Shown here: positions 9,961 to 19,000 of the stretch, one piece after another
Position numbering within the stretch: the stretch's first letter is position 1
Layout: each line of letters opens with the position of its first letter
The notes under the pieces: model-generated
What the model was told of the DNA's origin: nothing
The model's input: only the letters and a program-made list of their open reading frames with translations
Database searches by the model: none
Translations under genes and position numbers: made by a program
Origin: Bacteroidota bacterium
GTDB taxonomy: Bacteria; Bacteroidota; Bacteroidia; J057; JAJTIE01
Length of the DNA stretch: 64,000 nt
Assembly: GCA_019638695.1 (NCBI GenBank)
Contig: JAHBTG010000002.1
Coordinates: 14,561 to 78,560, forward strand
Direction of reading: 5' to 3'

Positions 9961-11091
9961 ATGGAAAACAAGAAAGTATCTCCGTATCTCTACATCCGTG
10001 GCCTACGTCATGTAGACCACACTGTTTTTACTGTAGCCAATGGCCAAAAGACTTATTGGGACCCCCAGTTTGACACCGAAATGTCTTATTCTAGTGGCCA
10101 GCAGGTGAAGCGATCCATTCTGGACAAGCTTACCGAGCTGCTGGGAACAGGCCGTGCACCGGTAGAGTTTCAATACAAAATTAAAACAGAAGGCAAAACA
10201 AAAACAATAGGTGAAGATATTGCTGTGCTTTCTACACACCCTAAATATGTAGACGAACTGCTAGGGGGCTATATGCTGGCCGAAGGCAAAGGGACGAAAA
10301 AGGGCGAGGAAGAGAAGGAAGATGCTGCCGGTGTGGTGAAACGCCGTAGTCCGCTCAGTATATCGGCTATGCGCCCACTGCACCCACTGCTGGCAAATAC
10401 CGCAAAAGAAGCATCTATAACCTTTGACCGTACCGGAAATGCCAATAGTACGGTAAGCCTGCTGGACGAGGAGGGCAAGAAGATGAACGCAGAGGAAATG
10501 ATAAATAAACTGGAAGAGATGGACACTGTGCTACGTAAGGCCAAGTATGTGGATGCCCGGAACCAGCGACGCGCCTATGGACTGTACATATATGATGTGG
10601 CCATAGATCTGCGGCGTCTCTTCAGTGTAAGTACCGATGTGGCCGATCCGGAACTGAAACGCAGCGTACTGGAAGAACTGCGCAAGGAAGGCTGGGTAGA
10701 AGGCCGTAATGTCTTTGGCCCATGCATTACCGCCCCCAAAGCCAAACGGGCTGAGATCATAGCCGCGCTAGCAGAGGCGCTACTGGAATGGCACATCACC
10801 AGCAACCAGGCGCGGACTTATAGCCCTATGGAAACGCTGGCACTGAGCATAGGCACCCGTGCACATTCCGTTACGGCTGCCCTGCGTGCCCGATTGAAGG
10901 ACGATGGCGGAGAAAAGCTTAAAGCTGAACCAGTGATAGACCTGCAAACAGGGGACGACACAGCGGTATTTGTTACTCTACATGCCGAGGAGCGCATAAC
11001 AAGAGCCAATGGCCATGTCCACGCGCTGAATGAGGCCCGTACTAAACTGATAGAACTGCTGAGTGCCTACCCCTATGAAGGAGGAGCCTAG
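9961..11091 (+). CDS. cas7: Cas7 (Cascade backbone RAMP, Cst2/DevR-like)
   Basis: 376 aa. Cas7-like motifs SSGQQVKRSIL and KRRSPLSISAMRPL. Lies immediately upstream of cas4. Confidence 0.7.
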   Translation: MENKKVSPYLYIRGLRHVDHTVFTVANGQKTYWDPQFDTEMSYSSGQQVKRSILDKLTELLGTGRAPVEFQYKIKTEGKTKTIGEDIAVLSTHPKYVDELLGGYMLAEGKGTKKGEEEKEDAAGVVKRRSPLSISAMRPLHPLLANTAKEASITFDRTGNANSTVSLLDEEGKKMNAEEMINKLEEMDTVLRKAKYVDARNQRRAYGLYIYDVAIDLRRLFSVSTDVADPELKRSVLEELRKEGWVEGRNVFGPCITAPKAKRAEIIAALAEALLEWHITSNQARTYSPMETLALSIGTRAHSVTAALRARLKDDGGEKLKAEPVIDLQTGDDTAVFVTLHAEERITRANGHVHALNEARTKLIELLSAYPYEGGA

Positions 11092-11632
11092 CATCAGCGG
11101 CATCCACATAGCCTACTACTACTTGTGTAAGCGCAAACTGTGGCTATGGGCACAAGGCATAGCCATGGAAGAAGCCCCGGATAAACCGAATGCAGGTCAT
11201 CAGGCTGTAGCACAAGCCACTACCCTGCAAGACACCACCTATACCCGCCGCCCTCAGGCAGGCCGCCAGTTGTTGCTGGAACAGCCCGGGCTTGTGGCAC
11301 GCATAGACTATTATGAGCCCAATACCGGCACCGTGTATGAGACCAAACCCAGTGATAGGATGAGTGAAGTACACCGCTGGCAGCTCCGGTTTTATTTATG
11401 GATGGTCAAACAATGCGGCATGGGTGAGGCTATAGGCATACTGGAGTATCCCAAACTGCGTAAGCGCGAAGAAGTAGTACTTAGCACCGAGGACGAGCAC
11501 AGGTTGCAAGACACTTTCTTACAGATAAGAAGAGTACTTGCAGGAGCCTGTCCATCTCCTATCTACAAACAGTGGTGCAAAAAATGCGCCTACTATGACC
11601 TGTGTTATATCACCGAAATGGCGTCTGAATGA
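11075..11632 (+). CDS. cas4: Cas4 (RecB-like exonuclease with 4-Cys cluster)
   Basis: Cys in YYYLCKRKLW plus C-terminal CKKCAYYDLC (C-x2-C-x5-C). Nuclease motif IDYYEP...VYETK. ATG 11075 overlaps the cas7 3' end; a GTG at 11063 is an alternative start. Confidence 0.85.
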   Translation: MKEEPSISGIHIAYYYLCKRKLWLWAQGIAMEEAPDKPNAGHQAVAQATTLQDTTYTRRPQAGRQLLLEQPGLVARIDYYEPNTGTVYETKPSDRMSEVHRWQLRFYLWMVKQCGMGEAIGILEYPKLRKREEVVLSTEDEHRLQDTFLQIRRVLAGACPSPIYKQWCKKCAYYDLCYITEMASE

Positions 11633-12639
11633 AAAAAAGCTACTACTTGCTCAATCCGGGAAGTTTGTCTCGCAAAGACAATACGCTCAAGTTCAGCCCA
11701 AGTACCGAGGATGGGGCGAACCCTGCCAAAGATCGCTATTTACCCATAGAGGGGATCAACCAGCTCTATATATTTGGCGCATTGGACCTAAATACCGCTA
11801 TGCTAAACTATGTAGGCCAACAGAATATTGCTTTACATTTCTTTGACTATTACAACAACTATACAGGCTCCTTTATGCCCCGTGAGCAGCTGCAATCTGG
11901 CTCGGTAAAGTTGCTACAAGCAAAAACAATCTTACACAAAGCAAAACGACTGGAAATAGCCCGCGAACTCATAGAAGCTGCAGCCAGAAATATGATACGC
12001 AATCTACGTTATTATCATAATCGGGGTAAAAATCTACAGGAGGGAATCAACAGTTTATCCAATAGGGCAGAAATGCTAACCCATTCCAAAGATATACCTA
12101 CTCTGATGGGAATAGAAGGACAGATACGGCAAGCATATTACCAAACATTCGATCTCATTCTAGACCACAAGCTCATCTTTCAAGCCCGTACTAAGCAACC
12201 CCCTGAAAACGAGCTTAACGCACTCATATCCTTTGGAAACAGTCTATGCTATGCAGAGTGCTTACGCGCCATCCATCAAACACAGCTAGACCCTACACTC
12301 TCTTTTTTACACGAACCTGGATACCGCAGGTTCTCCTTGGCTCTCGATCTGGCAGAAGTATTCAAGCCTCTATTGGTAGACCGTATGATATTTCAACTTG
12401 TAAACCGGCAACAGATTAACAAAGAATCGTTCTATCCAGACATGGGTGGCACCTTACTGAAAGAAGCAGGAAGAGATACTTATCTACGAGCATGGGAAGA
12501 ACGTCTAAATACCACCTTACAACATCTGGCCTTAAAACGTAGCGTAAGCTACCGTTATTTATTGCGTTTGGAATGCTACAAAATAATCAAGGCCATCATG
12601 AAAATAGAGCCATATAAGGCATTTAGATTAAATTGGTAA
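11629..12639 (+). CDS. cas1: Cas1 integrase
   Basis: 336 aa. Conserved Cas1 core NALISFGNSLCYAECLRAIHQTQLDPTLSFLHEPGYRRFSLALDLAEVFKPLLVDR. ATGA overlap with cas4. Confidence 0.9.
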   Translation: MKKSYYLLNPGSLSRKDNTLKFSPSTEDGANPAKDRYLPIEGINQLYIFGALDLNTAMLNYVGQQNIALHFFDYYNNYTGSFMPREQLQSGSVKLLQAKTILHKAKRLEIARELIEAAARNMIRNLRYYHNRGKNLQEGINSLSNRAEMLTHSKDIPTLMGIEGQIRQAYYQTFDLILDHKLIFQARTKQPPENELNALISFGNSLCYAECLRAIHQTQLDPTLSFLHEPGYRRFSLALDLAEVFKPLLVDRMIFQLVNRQQINKESFYPDMGGTLLKEAGRDTYLRAWEERLNTTLQHLALKRSVSYRYLLRLECYKIIKAIMKIEPYKAFRLNW

Positions 12640-12643
12640 TGAT

Positions 12644-12904
12644 ATGTATACTTTACTAGTATATGACGTAGACGCCAAACGAACCAACAAGTATCTGAAA
12701 CTTTGCAGACGGTACTTGAACTGGATACAGAATTCCGTTTTTGAAGGTGAACTAACCGAAGCTCAACTAGGCTGTCTGAAGGCTGAAATAAAGGAGATAT
12801 TGGAAGAGGAAGATAGCATCATTATGTTTCATAGCAGGGAGGCAAAATGGCTGAAACGTGAAGTAATGGGCCAAGAGCGAATGGATATTGACAACTTTCT
12901 ATAA
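12644..12904 (+). CDS. cas2: Cas2
   Basis: 86 aa. N-terminus MYTLLVYDV and SVFEGELT are typical of Cas2. Last cas gene before the leader. Confidence 0.9.
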   Translation: MYTLLVYDVDAKRTNKYLKLCRRYLNWIQNSVFEGELTEAQLGCLKAEIKEILEEEDSIIMFHSREAKWLKREVMGQERMDIDNFL

Positions 12905-12990
12905 GCAGATAAGCAGTCGACAGCCAATCTTATCCCTCTCACCAACTGGAAACAGTAGTTATTTCAAGCATAACCTATTGAAAACCAATA

Positions 12991-13032
12991 CTGTCTACCC
13001 CCTGGTTTACTTACACAATTAGGGGTAGACAG
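12991..13032. repeat. perfect 11-bp inverted repeat in the leader (CTGTCTACCCC / GGGGTAGACAG, 20-nt spacer)
   Basis: Read directly: arms at 12991-13001 and 13022-13032. Confidence 0.9.
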
Positions 13033-13050
13033 ATACAGGCCTGACATTCT

Positions 13051-13090
13051 GAGCTGAAAAGCTGAATTTTGAGCTAAAAAAGCTAGATTT
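13051..13090. repeat. imperfect tandem 20-bp duplication next to repeat 1 (GAGCTGAAAAGCTGAATTTT / GAGCTAAAAAAGCTAGATTT)
   Basis: Read directly. The units are 13051-13070 and 13071-13090, ending 7 nt before the first repeat. Confidence 0.8.
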
Positions 13091-13097
13091 ACTCAGG

Positions 13098-16000
13098 CTT
13101 TTAATCGTACCCTAGTGGAATTGAAACGATGGTACAAGCCCGGCAGGTAGTATAATGCGTATACTTTTAATCGTACCCTAGTGGAATTGAAACTGAAATA
13201 TGAATGCAAATACCTCTGATAACAGTGTACTTTTAATCGTACCCTAGTGGAATTGAAACGGTAGTCGGACCAACTGCAGGGATACTCGCAGGTGACTTTT
13301 AATCGTACCCTAGTGGAATTGAAACGCTATTTACCGCCCTCCAGGAGCGCCTCCAGGCAGACTTTTAATCGTACCCTAGTGGAATTGAAACTGCCGATGT
13401 GCTGCACAGTGAGAGCACCCTGGGCACTTTTAATCGTACCCTAGTGGAATTGAAACAGGAGCAGGCCAGGATCGAGGCGCTGGAGCTGCGCAAGCTTTTA
13501 ATCGTACCCTAGTGGAATTGAAACTTCAGTGCATCCGCTATACCGGAAAGGCCCTTTTTCCTTTTAATCGTACCCTAGTGGAATTGAAACGCGTTTTAGC
13601 CCAAACCGGAAACACCTCATTCAGGCTTTTAATCGTACCCTAGTGGAATTGAAACGAACATGCGAGTATTCCAGGCACCCCAGTGTAGCTACTTTTAATC
13701 GTACCCTAGTGGAATTGAAACTTGTTTAATTCATAGGCTCGATTTCCTACATGATAGCTTTTAATCGTACCCTAGTGGAATTGAAACCCTAATACTATGT
13801 CTATGGCTTCTTACCTGAATACCCTTTTAATCGTACCCTAGTGGAATTGAAACGCAAATAGGAATGATCGTGGACTTTTAACACATTGGCTTTTAATCGT
13901 ACCCTAGTGGAATTGAAACGCGTAAAATCCTGGTCGTATTCCACGATGCCCAGGCTTTTAATCGTACCCTAGTGGAATTGAAACGCCATTCCTGGGGGGT
14001 AAGTGTGGGCTTACTGGCAGCTTTTAATCGTACCCTAGTGGAATTGAAACCGGTGGTCAGCGTCGTGCGCAGGTCCTCGTATCGCTTTTAATCGTACCCT
14101 AGTGGAATTGAAACGATGGACGGGGTGGCCGGCGGCATGGAGAACCGCACTTTTAATCGTACCCTAGTGGAATTGAAACGCTGTATGGATTTCAGGTGTA
14201 CGAATACAACATCGCCTTTTAATCGTACCCTAGTGGAATTGAAACATGCATGATTAGGCGGCGTAACGGGTGTTAAGGTAACTTTTAATCGTACCCTAGT
14301 GGAATTGAAACTCGTCAGTATGGGCACATTTTATGGGAGCATGGTCCTTTTAATCGTACCCTAGTGGAATTGAAACAGATTCTGGTTGCGAAACTGCATC
14401 ACATCAGTCGCCTTTTAATCGTACCCTAGTGGAATTGAAACAGAAACTTGGAACCCCCGCCAGCGGCTGCAGACGTCTTTTAATCGTACCCTAGTGGAAT
14501 TGAAACTGTCTATGGCTTCTTACCGGAACACCATACAAGAGCCTTTTAATCGTACCCTAGTGGAATTGAAACAGATGACAGTTGTAACGGTACAGCGCAT
14601 AGCAGAGCTTTTAATCGTACCCTAGTGGAATTGAAACTCGTAACGCCACACACGGCGCGCGCTTTCAGCCTGCCTTTTAATCGTACCCTAGTGGAATTGA
14701 AACCTTCATCCAAAAGATCCCAGAACCACTTCATAACACCTTTTAATCGTACCCTAGTGGAATTGAAACGGAATACCCTGACATCTCTTTTAGCAATTTC
14801 ATTACTTTTAATCGTACCCTAGTGGAATTGAAACTTCAAGATAGCATCCAGCGCACGATTGTCGTTGACTCTTTTAATCGTACCCTAGTGGAATTGAAAC
14901 AAGCGCATTGCAAACTGGACAGACCTTGTGTTTGCACTTTTAATCGTACCCTAGTGGAATTGAAACAGCGTCTGTCGATTGAGCTCCATAAGCGGGTCCT
15001 GACTTTTAATCGTACCCTAGTGGAATTGAAACTTAAGTATAATGGCCCTAACTTTGACACATCGCTTCTTTTAATCGTACCCTAGTGGAATTGAAACAAA
15101 ATGGCAACAATGAAGTGTTTGCTTGGCGGTTGCTTTTAATCGTACCCTAGTGGAATTGAAACCTTCGAAGAATGGTAATAACGAGGTGTTCGCGTGGCGC
15201 TTTTAATCGTACCCTAGTGGAATTGAAACGCTTTACATGAAATGTATGTGGCCGAACGTGTCACGCTTTTAATCGTACCCTAGTGGAATTGAAACTGTAT
15301 AAGAAAAACTATGGTCTCGACGCTTTAAGGCCTTTTAATCGTACCCTAGTGGAATTGAAACATAGATCTGTCGATGATAGGAACTAAAGAAGATCCTCTT
15401 TTAATCGTACCCTAGTGGAATTGAAACTTCAGTGATACGGGCATTCAACTTAATTTCACAAATCTTTTAATCGTACCCTAGTGGAATTGAAACTTTTGAC
15501 CTCCTTCGGAAAAATCGCCCCAAGCAGCCTTTTAATCGTACCCTAGTGGAATTGAAACCATACAACACATTATAAGGACGGTTATACATATGCCTTTTAA
15601 TCGTACCCTAGTGGAATTGAAACGAAATAGGGTGATCAGGGCCAATGCCGAGGCGATTACTTTTAATCGTACCCTAGTGGAATTGAAACCTGATAGGGTG
15701 ATCAGGCCCAATACCCAGGCGATTGCTTTTAATCGTACCCTAGTGGAATTGAAACCCTGTAAATAATCTTCCGAGGCGTGTTATAACCATCTTTTAATCG
15801 TACCCTAGTGGAATTGAAACACGATAGAGCAGGAAAATGTATTCAGGGGCATAAACCTTTTAATCGTACCCTAGTGGAATTGAAACGTCTATGGCAAACC
15901 CACAAAATGACTTCATGCAGGCCTTTTAATCGTACCCTAGTGGAATTGAAACATCGTAGTCCATGTAGGGTCAAAACCCAAGTCCTGGCTTTTAATCGTA

Positions 16001-19000
16001 CCCTAGTGGAATTGAAACGTATGTCAAAAGAGGTATATGGGATGGCCAAGCGCTCTTTTAATCGTACCCTAGTGGAATTGAAACTCGGATAAAGCTACCA
16101 GCCCCTGCCCTAGCTGGAGCTTTTAATCGTACCCTAGTGGAATTGAAACTGCTTAACCTTACTTGCCTGCGCTTATATCTATTACTTTTAATCGTACCCT
16201 AGTGGAATTGAAACTGCAATGGAAGATGTACTTGCATGCCTTTGGTGTGCTTTTAATCGTACCCTAGTGGAATTGAAACAGCTTTGGGGCTATTTTGAAG
16301 TATGCCGGCGGCATTCTTTTAATCGTACCCTAGTGGAATTGAAACTGTTGAAGCCGCCTGCAATACCCCGTCCAGTTTCTGCTTTTAATCGTACCCTAGT
16401 GGAATTGAAACCGGAAAGTTTAAGGGCATGGTACTAGACCCACAGACTTTTAATCGTACCCTAGTGGAATTGAAACTTTATAACCTTCCCGTGGTTCAGC
16501 ATATTGAAGGGCTTTTAATCGTACCCTAGTGGAATTGAAACATCGGCATGTGATTTTGGCCCGTTAGGCAAGTTCCTTTTAATCGTACCCTAGTGGAATT
16601 GAAACATTATAATCAAAAGGAATTTCCTTGCACGTAAAAAAGCTTTTAATCGTACCCTAGTGGAATTGAAACGAAGAAGAACGATTGCCAGAAAAAGACT
16701 TATAAAGGCTTTTAATCGTACCCTAGTGGAATTGAAACGGATTAAAATAACCACGCAAACATTGCGTAAGTGTACTTTTAATCGTACCCTAGTGGAATTG
16801 AAACATCAGAAGGACTTGTTTTCAAATGTTTTTATCAATCTTTTAATCGTACCCTAGTGGAATTGAAACGGAATAAAAATACAATTATATATATATTATA
16901 ATTAGACTTTTAATCGTACCCTAGTGGAATTGAAACGTGGCACAGCAGATGCTTTCTGGGGAGGAACCTTCCTTTTAATCGTACCCTAGTGGAATTGAAA
17001 CCTGATACAATGCCGGAGCCCGAAATAGAGTTGGGCGCTTTTAATCGTACCCTAGTGGAATTGAAACGCTTATGTATGTAGTGCCTCGCCTGATCAGATT
17101 CGCTTTTAATCGTACCCTAGTGGAATTGAAACGTGAAATAAAGCTGGGCATGGAACTATATGAGGCGCCTTTTAATCGTACCCTAGTGGAATTGAAACTT
17201 TTGAGGCGTGTGGGTATTCCAAAACTCATGGTCCTTTTAATCGTACCCTAGTGGAATTGAAACAGGCGTATGCGTACGGTAATTGGCTTTACCCAATGCT
17301 TTTAATCGTACCCTAGTGGAATTGAAACTATGATGGTCGTGTTAAGGTCATAGGTCTGATATGGCTTTTAATCGTACCCTAGTGGAATTGAAACATGACT
17401 TTTGGAGATCCCTGCGCAGTACATGAATTTCTTTTAATCGTACCCTAGTGGAATTGAAACATAGAGACAATCGTACCGACGTTGATACTGTTCGCCCTTT
17501 TAATCGTACCCTAGTGGAATTGAAACGCGGGAGGTATTCGCATCGTCCGAAACATATCGTATCTTTTAATCGTACCCTAGTGGAATTGAAACGAATAAAA
17601 TGCTGTACGGTGAGGATACTTTTGAGAGCTTTTAATCGTACCCTAGTGGAATTGAAACAACAAGACCTACTACCTTGACACGACCAGCATATGCGCTTTT
17701 AATCGTACCCTAGTGGAATTGAAACGAAGCACGGAAATAAACAGTCGAGCCGTGCTCATACCTTTTAATCGTACCCTAGTGGAATTGAAACAGTGTCTTT
17801 GATAAGATCTCCTATTTTTTTGAACATCTTTTAATCGTACCCTAGTGGAATTGAAACCCAGTTAAGTTGAAGCTTGTAAAATTTAAACTCAATACTTTTA
17901 ATCGTACCCTAGTGGAATTGAAACCGTTTCAGGGTCACCACCCTGGCTAACCTTCTCTACCTTTTAATCGTACCCTAGTGGAATTGAAACTATCAACCCT
18001 ACTACCTTAACACGGCCAGCATATGCTTTTAATCGTACCCTAGTGGAATTGAAACAAGCACGCAAGGTATTTAGCCGTTTAGCCCAACCCTTTTAATCGT
18101 ACCCTAGTGGAATTGAAACAACTGAAGCCAGCTGTAACCAGACATCTCCTTAAGCCTTTTAATCGTACCCTAGTGGAATTGAAACTTAAGTGATACAACG
18201 GCAGCACAGTATTTAGATGTCTTTTAATCGTACCCTAGTGGAATTGAAACACGATAACTCGTAACGCCATATGTCACTATCATCACTTTTAATCGTACCC
18301 TAGTGGAATTGAAACAACGCAGACCTACACTGTCTTTTTAGACGAAGCACGCTTTTAATCGTACCCTAGTGGAATTGAAACGCGGTAAATAATCTTCCGA
18401 GGCGTGTTATAACCATTCTTTTAATCGTACCCTAGTGGAATTGAAACAAAGGTTTAGGGTACCCTGCTCATCATCGCCAAACTCTTTTAATCGTACCCTA
18501 GTGGAATTGAAACGTCAATCGAAATAAGTAACATTATTCACTAAATTGACTTTTAATCGTACCCTAGTGGAATTGAAACTATGCTGTATTGGCTGGGGTT
18601 GTTGAGGGTGGCCAGCTTTTAATCGTACCCTAGTGGAATTGAAACCGAATATCCAGACATTTCCTTAAGTAGACGTAGTACCTTTTAATCGTACCCTAGT
18701 GGAATTGAAACCTATGATCAGATAATGACCCTCTTGCAACACCAAAGGCTTTTAATCGTACCCTAGTGGAATTGAAACGAGATAGGGTGATCAGGCCCAA
18801 TACCCAAGCGATCACTTTTAATCGTACCCTAGTGGAATTGAAACGTTGTATGCACGTATCTGATCCTTAGCTGTTACCAGCTTTTAATCGTACCCTAGTG
18901 GAATTGAAACGCAGATGACAGCCAATGAGCGCGCTTACCAGGCCTGCTTTTAATCGTACCCTAGTGGAATTGAAACCAGCCATCGTTTCGATCACTCCTG

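Larger units (their letters stand above)
12905..13097 (+). promoter_or_regulatory. CRISPR leader
   Basis: 193-bp AT-rich non-coding stretch between the cas2 stop and the first repeat. The degenerate repeat sits at the opposite end of the array, so this is the leader end. Confidence 0.65.

Noticed and set aside
13098-13127. Looked for a stable hairpin within the CRISPR repeat
   Set aside because: Only the central CTAG and a weak AATC/GAATT pairing are present. The repeat appears essentially unstructured, which fits many I-A/I-B-type repeats, so I make no structural claim.
17726-18351. The last 8 nt of spacer 80 (GAAGCACG) equal the first 8 nt of spacer 71, and the end of spacer 76 loosely resembles the start of spacer 8
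   Set aside because: The overlaps are short or need indels and could arise by chance among 122 spacers. I do not count them as overlapping protospacers.
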